From: Conidiobolus incongruus B7586
Lineage: Eukaryota
Reading direction: 5' to 3'
DNA: 51,593 bases
NCBI GenBank assembly: GCA_000697335.1
Contig: JNEM01006726.1
Location: 1 to 51,593 of the forward strand
Numbering within the stretch: position 1 is the stretch's first letter; each line of letters begins with the position of its first letter. Position numbers and translations under genes: made by a program. Positions 1 through 12,415 of the stretch are shown in pieces. Under the pieces are notes generated by a model that had not been told where the DNA came from, did no database searches, and worked only from the letters and a program-made list of their open reading frames with translations.

Positions 1-1131
1 ATTTTAAAAAGTTAATTTTTTATGAAAATAAGTAATATATATATTTATATATATAATTCAAAATTATTTTTTTTCCTATTTATTTTGTATATATTATTTA
101 ATTTAAAATTAATAATATATTTGAAAAATTATAAATCAAAATGTTTCCCATTTTTTTGATTCTAAGGTAATATATATTATTTTTTAATTTATTTTTAAAT
201 ATGGATTAGATAATTGATTAGATAATAATCTTTATTATTTAAATAAAAATAAATATTACAATCGACTCTTAATAGCCATCAGTAATTAATTGAATATTAT
301 TATCTTTATAATTAAATAATATTAAAATAGCATATCAATTATTAATAAAATTAATAATATTTACTTATGTAATTATAGTTAAAAATGATAAAATAGATAA
401 GCATATAATATAGCCCATATTATACTAACAAAATTTTTGTCTGAATAATCTAATAATAGAGTTAAATAAAAGAATAAATCTGACAAATATCAAGTTTCAA
501 ATAAAATTAGGATTTTTAAATTCAACCAAATTTTTAAATTAAATTGAAAACAATTATTATATTTAACTTGGCTTTATATATATATAAGTTTTTAGCTTAT
601 ATTATTGGTCAATTTTAATACAAAGAAGAAATTTTTTTAATAAAACCAAATGACTTATTAATATATGATAAAGAGTCAATATTTTCTTGAATTAATATAT
701 TCTAATTCGAATTAAATAACAAAACCGTATTAATAATTCAAGTTGAAATATTTAAGTTGGATTCAGTTTAAGTAATAATTATCAGTACCCGATTTGTAGA
801 TTTGAGTTATTATTAAATTAACTTTTCAAAGAAATTATTTTTTTAATAAAGAGAAAAAAATATTTAATATAGAGAGTAAACAGGTTTAATAAAATTAGAA
901 AAAAAATAGTTTTTTAAATCAGGATTAGTTTGGATTAAGCTAAAACAAAGAATTCTGTCCAGTATAATTATATATCAAATATAATTTTCCAATTCCTTTT
1001 ATAAGGAATAAGTAAGAAAAAGGAGATATTGTACTTTACAAGCTAGAGTCAAATAGAAGTCTTATTTAGTTTTTATGGATAGCTATTTTCGAATTATTAA
1101 ACTTTGAACATGTTATTTTACTTGCTAATTC

Positions 1132-1233
1132 AGGGTAAAGTTATGTATCTTATCCCTAACTCAATTATCATATTTGATTTCTCAATTCATTGCAAAAATC
1201 AATGTTTTTATGATAAGGATACAGAGTTACCCT
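1132..1233. repeat. ~100-bp segment bounded by imperfect inverted repeats (possible MITE)
   Basis: Left arm AGGGTAAAGTTATGTATCTTATC versus reverse complement of the right arm AGGGTAACTCTGTATCCTTATC. Confidence 0.4.
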
Positions 1234-1560
1234 ACGTTAATACACTAATATTAATCTAAACTAAGATCTTTTACAATAAGCCAATATAAAATAAATTTTA
1301 ATTAAATATTTCTCTAAATAGTGGTGTATTTAATATATTATTTGCAAATGCTATCAGTTTGAAAATTTAATTAAGAATTAGAAATAAAATACTAATCCAT
1401 AATATAATCAGTTAAATAAATTATAAATTATCAACTTGAATATTATATTATATAATATAATTAAAAACTATAATAAATAAAATATTTTTCAAAATAATTT
1501 TGAAATTATACCCAAAACGGTGAGATAAATTGAAATTGTAATAATAGGGTTTTCAGTAAT

Positions 1561-1567
1561 CCCATAA
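1561..1567 (+). promoter_or_regulatory. CCCATAA candidate promoter motif (microprotein gene)
   Basis: ATCCCATAAT, 79 bp upstream of the ATG, sense orientation. Confidence 0.55.
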
Positions 1568-1639
1568 TCAATTATCATTTATTGTTTTTTATAAGCTTCT
1601 GACATTTAATGTCTAATTAAATTATATGATTAATCAAGA

Positions 1640-1813
1640 ATGACTCGAGTGCATCCAACCAAACTAATTGCTCCATTATCTGCATTTTCAATGGCCCTTC
1701 TAGTAGGTATATGGGTAAATCACCAGATTAAAGTAAATCGAATTAAATACGATCTCCAAATGGAACAAGTCATGGAAAACCAGAAGAAGCAAAAGGAATC
1801 TTCAAAAGAATAA
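1640..1813 (+). CDS. 57-aa single-pass membrane microprotein (below ORF-track cutoff)
   Basis: Read by hand: MTRVHPTKLIAPLSAFSMALLVGIWVNHQIKVNRIKYDLQMEQVMENQKKQKESSKE*. GC is higher than the flanks; one hydrophobic stretch is followed by a charged tail; CCCATAA motif at 1561, as at other genes. Confidence 0.7.
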   Translation: MTRVHPTKLIAPLSAFSMALLVGIWVNHQIKVNRIKYDLQMEQVMENQKKQKESSKE

Positions 1814-1909
1814 TTAATGCATTTAATCTTTAATAAAATTCAAATAATCTATCCAACATTTTGAAGTTTATTTATCTATTCAACAAAATACCAATATTTA
1901 TATCCATAT

Positions 1910-3422
1910 TTATGGTGCAACCAAAAGTCCAGCTAAAGACTCTCCGTGGTAAACTCTGCGAATGGCTTCGGCAAAGTAAGTACTAACATCAATTACTTTG
2001 AGCTTAGGAGTCAACTTCAACTTTTCATCCTGAGGGATGGTGTTGGTGACTGCAACTGTGTCAATCTTAGACTGGTTTATCACTTCAATGGCGGGACCTG
2101 TCAACATACCATGGGTAACAATGGCATGAATCTGAGATGCCCCACTTTGTTGTAAAACTTCAGCAGCCAATCCCAAAGTACCACAAGTATCGGCAATATC
2201 ATCGATAATAATGGCAATTTTACCTTGAACATTTCCAACTAAGCTCATTTGAATGTTTTCTTTAGATTTACCATCTTTGTGAATCATAGCAAATTTAAGA
2301 TTGAGTTTTTTGCTGATGGACGTAGCTCTAAACATCAATTAATGGTTCGTCCGGTATTGTTATTAAATGTGTATGAAATTTACCTTTTAGCACCACCAGC
2401 ATCTGGAGAAACAATAACAGCGTTTTGGTAATTGGGAATATTACCTCTAATATAATTAAGGATTGCAGTTTCAGAGTAAAGATGCTCTACAGGAACATCA
2501 AAGAAACCTTGGAATTGGGCATCGTGAAGATCCATAGTAATGATTCGATTAGCACCTAAATCACATAAAATAAAATTCTATGATAAAAAGAGGTATAATG
2601 TGCTTGGCTACCTGATTCAACCAACAAATTAGCAATTAAAGTGCCAGCTCTAGCGGTCCAGTGCTTGTATCCAGTATTCTTGGGAACAGTTGAGGGGAAG
2701 TACATTGGTGAAGAAAAGAATGTCTGATGTTCATTGGCACCAGGAGTGCTATAAGCAGAATGGCAGACAATTTCAGAAATGCTGGGTTTGTTGATGGGTA
2801 AATTTAACTTGGGTTTTCCGCCCTTACTCTCAGATCTGCTCTTTTCACCTGATGACTCGGGGGAATCCTTGAGAGGAGTCAATTTAATGTTCTGAACTTG
2901 AGCCTCGAGTGGTGGAATGCCATCAGTGGATGGCAAGTTAGAGGTTGTGGGTGCGTTTGTTGGTGAAAATTGAACAGATTTAGAGAATTGATACAAAATC
3001 GACTTCTTATTCTTTTTGGTGAGCTCTATTTCCAATTGACTATCCTCACGTTCGTTCAAACCAGCACTCTGAGGTGTCCAGTATCTAAGGATTTGAGAAG
3101 TATTTTTTTCATAAGGAACATCTGGTTGACGTGAATAAGGGAAACATGGTAAAACAGCAGTAACTGTTTTGGCGCTAGCAGTTTTGCAAGCAGCCAACAT
3201 GATCATTAACTCAACAAGGTTATCATTAACAGATCCACAGCCGGATTGGATAATTACAACATGTTTACCTCTTACAGAGTGCTGAATATGAACTTTAGAC
3301 TCCTTGTTAGAGAATTTTCCAAGCTCTACGGGCACTTGTTGAATGCCTAAATGTTCACAGATTTTTTGTACAAATTCAGGGTGGGAACTGCCTCCCATAA
3401 TAGCCAAGTCACGATTACCCAT
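1910..3422 (-). CDS. PRS5: Ribose-phosphate pyrophosphokinase, PRS5-type with a long low-complexity insertion; exons 3422-2612, 2555-2384, 2327-1910
   Basis: Motifs [58 protein letters not shown]. Two GT-AG introns restore the frame. The insertion after PYSRQPD ending [17 protein letters not shown] matches the yeast Prs5 layout. Confidence 0.93.
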
Positions 3423-3567
3423 TATTATTTTATTTAAATTTTAGTATTTTAAAAAGATAGGAGGGAAATAAATTAATTTGTATGATATTATTTAAGTGAC
3501 TGATTGTGTTTTAATGACTTGACTAAAAATAGTTACTTGATATTCATCTAATTTCCTTATCTTAGGA

Positions 3568-3574
3568 TTATGGG
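3568..3574 (-). promoter_or_regulatory. CCCATAA candidate promoter motif (PRS5)
   Basis: TTATGGG on the + strand, ~150 bp upstream of the ATG, sense orientation. Confidence 0.55.
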
Positions 3575-4191
3575 TCATCTCTATCTATTGTCCAATTAAG
3601 GCATAATCTCATCTAATAATATATTTGAATAAATATTTCTAAATTAGAAACATTGTTGATAAGTAAAAAAACCTGATATTTCAATAATTAATATTGAATG
3701 ATTACAACCTAAGAATAATACTATATATAATATGATCAAAATACTAAATGTTTTCAACATTTTATCACATTTTTAAGTTTCAAAACCTAAAGAAAAATAC
3801 ATTGCAAGTAACTTGATTGAATTTCAAATATCAAATCAATTGAAATAAAGTAATATAATGATCATCCCATAATAGTAATTAACATATACATATTATAAAT
3901 TCCATCAACTTTAATTTCAATAAATATAAAATGTTAAGAGAAACAACAAAATGGCAAATTCTAGTATATTTAATATCAAAAATCCTAATAGGTACAAATC
4001 ATAAGATGATTTAAAATCATTCAATTAATATATAGATTTATCACAGATTGAACTAGTTTAAACACCATATAATTCAATCATATTCAATATATATATTTTA
4101 AAAATATTTACTCAAATTTAATAAGTATTATCAAATTAACAAGCTAGTCTTAATTCGTAAACTAAAACTATCTAAGGATAATAAATATTTA

Positions 4192-6810
4192 ATGTTGAAG
4201 AATTTATTTGACGCATTATTAAAAGGAATTGATAATAATTGTATAGATGTCAAATTATCAAAGGTATTTTATCAAACTTAAAATATCATAATATTTACTA
4301 ATAAATAACCAAAGTTTGATCAATTAATGCAATTGAATTATTACTACAATCTCATCCATCGACCGATTCAAATTCTTCGATTAAAATTATGATATTTTAA
4401 ACAATTATATGAATCACATCATCCATTTAAATCACAAATATAATATCCATATTCATCTAAATCAAATTCAAGTTCAATTAACTGGAATCAAATTAAAATT
4501 GAATCAGAGTTTGAATTATGTAATACTCTGGCGAATGCTCTAAAGAACCTCGAAATCCATTAACCTACATCGATATCAAACGATAATAAAATACGTCAAC
4601 AATTAAGTAGCAAAGCTGAATGACAGCCTTCATTGAATGATTATATCACAGGCCTCGAAGATTACTCTACGGTTGTAATCGATGCACTTGACTATATTCA
4701 ATAATTCAAATCATCTTAAGGAATTATTATTTACGGTACTTATGGTATCAATAATACTTATTTCACTAAGAAGTTTATTGGTAAAAAATACTTAATACTT
4801 TAACCATATCTATAATTCACTTATTAAACAATTATTTTCAATTTATTAGAAAACTAACCATTAAATTCTCAATACTTAGATTTAAATTCATTGTTAAATC
4901 AAAGTAAGGACTTTATTATATAAATATTATTATCATATTTGATTAATTGATTTTTTTGCTATCAGGTTTACAAAACTCTCTTACAGAAATAACCAAATGT
5001 TTTAATGGTTTTGAATGATATCGATTTAATTTCTTGTAATCAATAAAAAGATGTATAAATATAATGATTATTATCACTAGTAGGATGAAATAAATTATTT
5101 AATATAATAGAACCTTACAATTATCTAAATAGTTTATTATTGGATCCAACTAATTTGAACCTTTATAATGAGATTATAATTGGTAAATATATAATACATC
5201 GAATATTTTTATTATTTTAAAATAAACTTTATTTAATAGGTATTACGAACAATCTACCCAATATAGATACAAAATTCTTAAATTAAAAATTTTCAAAGCT
5301 TTATAGAATGCAGATTACTTTAACCCAACCAAATACATATACTTGTTCGAATTTTATCAAGGCAATCACTTTTTATTTGCAATTTTAATAACGTGCTAAC
5401 TCGATTAATTACAGTTAGGGTGATTTGAGATATATTAACCAAGTGAACCATTAAAAAACTGAATTAATCCAAAAATTACGCGAAAGAGCTCATAGATTTA
5501 GTTTATCGGGTTTGCCCAATTTATTGAATACTCTTATATTAATATTTTCCAATAACGAAACGAATGAAAATTTTTCATCCTTTCTAAATCAGAGTCTCAT
5601 TGAATGGAATCAATCTAATCAATTTGACAAATTCCATTTCAAAGTAATAAATATGTTAATTTTATTATATTTCTATTTTAATTTTTTAATTATTCTAGAT
5701 CTCTGAAGTCCATCTGAATGAATGTTATGGATTAGATCAAGAGATTGAATTTATTAAAGTAAATTAATTTAATTTCATTTCATTATTGAATTCTCAATTA
5801 ATACTTATTTACCAGGAATTGATTCAAACTCCATTAAATATGAACCAATTGGCAGATCAACTTAATTTATCAACTACCAAAAGCATCCTGCTTCATGGCG
5901 CTAGTGGAGTTGGTAAGACAAGATTATGTAATTCGATGGCTAACGATTTTAACTTAAATTATGCATTTATCGAATTAAATATAAATAACACTGGATTATG
6001 TAGTTTTTACACGATAATAATTTATTAATATAGTCAATTCAATTAAAATCTAAAAAGGTGGAAGAAAGTGAGTAAACCATTCAAAAATTACTCCAACAAT
6101 GTGGACTATTATCACCATGTTCGTTAATTATTGGCCAAGTAATTAAATATATTTTATCAATATTTATATTCTATTAATGAAAATAGTTAATTGAGATTGA
6201 TGGGTTATTAAGTAAACGATCAGAAATTAATTTTGAAAATTATCAAAATCGTTTAATCAATACATTTTAATTAGCTCTGATGAAAGTGATGATTATTCTA
6301 ATCATATAATTAACCATTTTTATAATTAGAAATGAATGGTTTATTTAGCAGTTCAAATGATGATCCTGATATATCAGTGATTGCTATTACTATTAATTTC
6401 ATTGTATATCTACAGTTAATATTTATCGTTAATTGATATACACTTTAGCCACAAATGATCTAAATTGATTAGTTTCGAATTTATCAGACCTATTTATCTG
6501 GACATTCAGTTAGAACCAAATTACCCAATACTCAAGTAAATCAATCACATAGCATCCTATTAACAACTATAGCCATTATTTTATATCAAAAAGAAGCATT
6601 TATTTAATTTGAATTTTCTAAAATACCACACGAATTGACGCAAGCTCAAATTCAAAATAGAATTGATATGAGTAAAAGATTTTCAGGTATATTTTCAATG
6701 AATCATTTTCAAATCTGATATATATATATATATAATTTTTATAGTCTCTGACATTAATCAATGAATTGAAGAAGCTTGTTTGAATAGATTAAACCTTGAT
6801 TTAAATTCGA
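4192..6810 (+). pseudogene. Pseudogene of a two-module (type II, CDC48/AFG2-like) AAA ATPase
   Basis: Second module SILLHGASGVGKT, then KSKKVEESE*TIQKL and IDGLLSKR. First module is degenerate (GIIIYGTYGINNT). In-frame stops at 4702, 4717, 6073, 6268, 6762 and frameshifts. Boundaries approximate. Confidence 0.75.
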
Positions 6811-8288
6811 ATAATTTTATTTTATTTTTATATGATTAATATTTACAATTATTTGATTATCACTTATTTTACATTTCAATGAAGAGTATATATATTATTA
6901 ATATTATATCAAGGTATATTATAATAGATTTCCCCTCTATATTATTTTTCTTATAATTATTAAATGAACAATCCAATTTGGTTACATAATTATTTGCTAA
7001 TAACTTCAATTTTCTTCAAAAATCAATTACAAATTAATTCCAGCAACTTCGGACGATCTATAGAATGAATTCATGTAAATTTTATGGACACTTCATGATT
7101 TTTTCTCACCTCTGATTTAAATCGAATTCAAATTCCAATTAGCTAATAGTAAGGTGATAAATTTCAAAATGACTAATATTTAAGTCATTCATATATAATT
7201 AATCGTGATGAATATTGTTAACATTCTAAATTTTTTGCGTTCAATTTTACATAATTTGTTGATTTTTGATTATTATACTTGATTCCAAACAGTTACATTA
7301 ATCAAAGTTCAATCTCAATGATATGGATTAGTAAAATTTAGCTATAAAACCTATGCACAAAATGTAATAAAGTTACTTGAAATATTGAATACAATTTAAA
7401 TAATACTATTTCATTTGATATAAATTTAATTTTAGTAAATATATCAAATTTATTTATTAATTCATTCTTTTAAAATGATCAAATATTGAAATTTTGATTT
7501 GGATAAATTTAATTTGTCAAACTAATTCATTTCATATAATTTTCCCATTTTGTATCATCTCTTAGATATACTATTATAAGGTATTTAAATTATGCAATGT
7601 GGTTATTTTATATTTTTTGATATATGAAAAAATTTATATCATTGATGAATAATATGAAATAGAGAAATTGAATAAAAAATATTTAGTTTGAAAAGATGCA
7701 ATCAACAAATTATCCCATAATTAATAATTTAGCAGTTAATAAGTTTATGGAAGATTTAAAAACCCCTTAATTAACAACCTTTGAGAATTGGTTGGAAATT
7801 TCAATTAAATTAAAATACAATTTAATTCAAAGTCATTATTATCTAAAAATTTTATTTTATCCAACAATTTAAAATAACATTACATTATCCAACTTGTTTA
7901 TTTACTCCCTGTAGTTTAGTTTGTATTTGTCAACCATTTTTTCAGCTTGTTTTAAAAAAACATTATTGATTTAATCGAATTGTTGCAACCAATATCTTTC
8001 AACTGTCAAATTTACTTTATTTAACTAACCTGTTTTTATCGCTCTTGTTTTCATTTTTTATCTCTTGTTAACAACTTTTTTAACATATTTAAGGTAATAT
8101 TCTTTTTCATTTAATTAAACATTTTTTATTCCTATTGTTCCTTTATTTTAAAAATTAATTTTAATCAGATTGGAAGTTTTAAACTTTATTATTTACTTAT
8201 CTTTATCTTGGAAATTATAAATTAATATTAACTAGTTCATTTATTTGATATATAGTGCTCGGACTGATTTTATTTTTATTAACCAAAC

Positions 8289-9932
8289 ATGTCGAACAAT
8301 CAAAATTTATCTAAAACGAAATCAGTGATCAGATACTCAACTGAACAACTTCTATATTTAAGGAATAGCCCTTTATGTCAAAGGCCGGAAAATTTTATGA
8401 CACTAGAAGACTGGAAAAATGAAGGACTAGTGGCCAAAACTTACCCACGACCCAAACAATATCAGCAAGGAAGCACCTATAATCCAGATTCTAACACCGA
8501 TGAATATAATGCCAATTCAGTTGATGAAAACTATTCCAATCCATCACCTTCTTTGCTTACTAATTCTCCATTGCATCATAAATTAAACAACAATGACGTT
8601 AAGGGTGAAAAACGTACTTCAGATATTAAACTCAGACCCCACGATTTCAATTTCCTGTCTTCAAAGCAGGGACCTCATGTTGATAGCGAAAATAGCCTTA
8701 AATTCAACAATGATTATAAATTTAAAGAACCAACTAAAGGACCCAATGCTCAGTTTAATCCCAATTTCAAAAATTCTTCATCTATTAAATCCACTCGCCC
8801 TGAAACTGGTATTAATTTCAATGCCCCTAGCAATCTCTACAATGAACTTGAAGAACCTATTCCAGAATGGGCTAGTAGCAGTGGCAAACCCTCTGGCATG
8901 TCACACCAACAAATGGCACAGGATTTCCAGGCTTGGAAGGCCCAAATGAAGGAAAAATCTCGACTTGAAAACTTGAAAAACTCTGCTGAATACCAGAATC
9001 ATCAACCTTCGATCCCATCCGAACCTAAAGTTGTGCAGGAATCCAGTAACAATTCAACTATTTCTCCTGCATTTCAAAATTTTTTAAACCAATATGCTGC
9101 TAGTCAAAGCACCAATCCCCAACCATATCAAGAATTGCCTACTAACAATCCTGCCAATATCAATTTGAAATTTAATCCAGCTAGACCCAATCCAAGCTTA
9201 CATCCAAATGCATCACATCATCAATCCAATGGCTCTACTAACCAGTCTGCTACTCCTCCTCAGGACTTGTCAAACAAAACTGAAATTGAAAATCAGCTTA
9301 AAAGCCTGTTAAATATTGGCTCTTCCCCTTCTAATGCTTCACCCAATCCCCCCAAACCCGCTTCTCGCCCTATTCAACTTCCTAGTGGATTTATGCCTAC
9401 CTCAGTTCTCAAAAAATTAAATTCCCGCAACCAACCACCACCTAACCCAGCCAATTTCCATCATCTTGCATCTTTTATTGATCAGAGGGACAGAGAAAGA
9501 CAACTACACCATCCCGTTGGATTTGGATATCCTCAAAATCCAGGCACGGCTGGTTTTAACCCCAATACCAAGATTCCGGGAGCCTCTCCTTCTCGTCTCA
9601 ATGCATCTCCTACGCCCATTCAACATCATCTACACTTAAAATCAAGTCCTATAGCCAACAGTCATCCAACTGGTCGACCTAATAACCAAGTAAATCCTGC
9701 TCCTCAATATGCTGGATTTCAAGGGTTCATTCAAGACCCTAATCTCGCTGGACAAAACTTAAATTCTGGAAGTAGACCCGCTAAAGGTAACCTTTTCCCC
9801 GTTTTTAGCAACCAGCATGCTAATGGTCAAGCTCTTCTAAACTCTTTGACTACATCTCCTCACTCCGTCAGTCTCAATCAATACCCTCCTTCAGCCCATT
9901 CCCCTTCACCCGTTTATAAGACCCAACAATGA
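8289..9932 (+). CDS. eIF4E-binding, mostly disordered protein, 4E-T/Eap1-like
   Basis: 547-aa ORF. N-terminal YSTEQLL fits the YXXXXL-phi eIF4E-binding motif; EEPIPEW; QDFQAWKAQMK; FMPTSVLKKL resembles the PTSVIRK motif of 4E-T; N/P/Q/S-rich. Confidence 0.7.
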   Translation: MSNNQNLSKTKSVIRYSTEQLLYLRNSPLCQRPENFMTLEDWKNEGLVAKTYPRPKQYQQGSTYNPDSNTDEYNANSVDENYSNPSPSLLTNSPLHHKLNNNDVKGEKRTSDIKLRPHDFNFLSSKQGPHVDSENSLKFNNDYKFKEPTKGPNAQFNPNFKNSSSIKSTRPETGINFNAPSNLYNELEEPIPEWASSSGKPSGMSHQQMAQDFQAWKAQMKEKSRLENLKNSAEYQNHQPSIPSEPKVVQESSNNSTISPAFQNFLNQYAASQSTNPQPYQELPTNNPANINLKFNPARPNPSLHPNASHHQSNGSTNQSATPPQDLSNKTEIENQLKSLLNIGSSPSNASPNPPKPASRPIQLPSGFMPTSVLKKLNSRNQPPPNPANFHHLASFIDQRDRERQLHHPVGFGYPQNPGTAGFNPNTKIPGASPSRLNASPTPIQHHLHLKSSPIANSHPTGRPNNQVNPAPQYAGFQGFIQDPNLAGQNLNSGSRPAKGNLFPVFSNQHANGQALLNSLTTSPHSVSLNQYPPSAHSPSPVYKTQQ

Positions 9933-11675
9933 AGATCAGAAGAGAGTTGCATTTCAAAAATTACTCGGCTCATCCCAACTGACCTCTATACTGCATTATT
10001 TAATATCGGTATTAAAAACCAGTGTTCTTCATCTAATATGTCTAACTTTATCTTTGAGACTTAATTTGTCAACGTAACACTAATATATAACACTACTATG
10101 TTAATTTTTTATAATTAACTTCAATTTAATGTAAATATAAGTTAAATGTTTCATTTCAGTTTCAATTACCTTTAAAAACTTAATATTAAATTACATTTAA
10201 TGTTATTTTCCCATTTTATTAAGCTTATTATGACAAAATATACTATATTCAACTGCTTCAAAGTTAAATTCAATATTTTTTAAAAAATCACAACCTTCAT
10301 AAAGGTTTTTTGAAATACTAGTTAAATAATACTTCATTATTAAAAAGCTATTTTAAATAATTTTTAAAATCTTTTTTATATCGAAGCTGTCATCATAAAT
10401 AAAATCGAATTTGACTTTGACAATTTTACATCATACAGTATAATTTTAAATTATTTGATTACAAAATTTCAAACCAATCATACCACATATTTATAATGAT
10501 AAATATCATAAAAATTAAACTTTAAATAAATTATGGTCAATTTATTAAAGATTGCCATTAAATCATTTATCAAACATATTCAATATTCTACAATATGATA
10601 TATAATTTAAATTATATTTTTATTTTTAGAACTTAATACCCTCATAAAAACATCATCTAGACCTTCGGATGAATCCAATGTTTGTACTAATGGAGTGAAT
10701 GCTTTATAACTAATTTATAATATTATCATAAGTTTGACTAGTGTTAATGATATCATTAAATATCTATTGAATTAAAAATAATTTATGAAACTATAAAATA
10801 ATTGAAATAAATATATGAGTTGTTTATTTGAATTACTCGATTATCTTTCAACAGCTTTATTATTTTGTACTTATTTAATGATGAACTTTTCACCCAAATT
10901 ATCGGTTATAGTAATAATTAGAAAAAGCATTAAAAATAATTTATAATTACTAATACTCATTAAATATTAATAATCTTATTTACAAATAATATCTTTGGAT
11001 GAATTGTTAAATTTGTAAAATCTATTAATTGTGAAATTTTCAATCTTAGAAAGCTGAATTATATGACAAAAATTTTTATTTAATTAGTGAAAAAATTAAT
11101 GAATTTATATAAGTTTACAAATTATTCAAAGTATAAATTATTATTTGAAATGTTTTTTTTTCTAAGAAAAATAATTTTTAAATTTAATAATTTAAATAAA
11201 ATAAATTAACGTTATTGGATAAAATTATAAATTTAAAATAATGTTTAAGGATTTGATAATAGGTGGTTAAATATAATGATAACTCACAATCATTAAAAAT
11301 TATTCGTTATCATTCCCTATGTTGACAAATATTACTAAACGTTATCACGTATTAAATTCTATATTTATTGAAATAGTTGACATATACTTATATATTATTA
11401 TAATATATTTTGAAATTTTAAATGTTCAATTATTTTAATCAACTTTCAAATTTTATATATTAATATTATTGATAATAAAGAATATATTTTACAAAATTTA
11501 TAAAATTTATATCTAAATACTGGTTTAAATTTATTTGATAGTAAAATAATGGAAAAAGAAAAATATATATATATATTTATTGCTTAAATGTCTTGAGATA
11601 CATAATTAAATTGAATGTTATATATGGAAACTTGAAATGATCCAGAAGATTTATTAATATTAGTTTTATTTATAG

Positions 11676-12095
11676 GACCTAGCCTTACGCCTCTACGCTT
11701 CCGAAATCGATTAAACCATCCTCTATAAGCATTAAATGGCCTCTGTAATATTGTTTGATCAATTTTGAATAGATTGAAAAATGCTTTTAGCTTGCTCGAT
11801 TATAAACAATTTACGTATTTTCATATCGTATGGAATTGAAGTATTTATCCATAAACAAAGGCTCTTTCGCATTTCTTCAATTCTATAGCTTTGTCAATAT
11901 GTGATTGTTTTGGATGCATATTGATTTGTTTGAACTGCAGAATCCCAGATTTTATCAGTATTCTTTTTAATTGCTTAAAGTATTTAAATTGAAAGAAGCT
12001 TCAATCCTCACTTAATTTCACCAGCATCCAATTATTGTGAAATTATCATTTTTGTTTCTAATAATACAGCCTTTATTCCTTTTAACCTCTTTCAT
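11676..12095 (-). mobile_element. Degenerate 5' fragment of a pogo/Tigger-like transposase (CENP-B/Tc5-type HTH region)
   Basis: Minus-strand pieces across stops and frameshifts: AVLLETKMIISQ*LDAGE, AIKKNTDKIWDSAVQ, RIEEMRKSLCLWIN, IIEQAKSIFQSI, FNAYRGWFNRFRKRRGV (matches the FxASxGWxxRFKxR signature). Confidence 0.75.
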
Positions 12096-12415
12096 ATCTG
12101 ATTTTAAGTGCACAAATAACCTGACAAATTAATTGTTTAATGGCCTATTTTTTACATACATAATAAATTGTTTTAAACGAATTGGTTTAAAAACCTAAGT
12201 GAAATATGATTTAAAGTTTTGATTGGAATATTGGTATTAAGCAAAAGAGCGAAAAATGAGGGATAGGTATTTGTACAATTTAAATATAAATAATTATTAG
12301 AATTTTATTTTTGGCTTCGATTACTTAAATGAATCGGAAAAATTGTCAGTTTTAGGACGATTAAAATAATACACAATAGATAAAGAATAATTAAATATTA
12401 AGAATGATTTTTGAA

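Noticed and set aside
650..940. Possible third, older mariner relic (LLI[H]D, KLKYLSW, PDL)
   Set aside because: Motif spacing does not fit, no TIRs found, and matches are too short for AT-rich DNA.
11676..11745. GC-richer island first suspected to be a tRNA or snRNA
   Set aside because: No cloverleaf or snRNA match; explained by the minus-strand transposase motif GWFNRFRKRRG.
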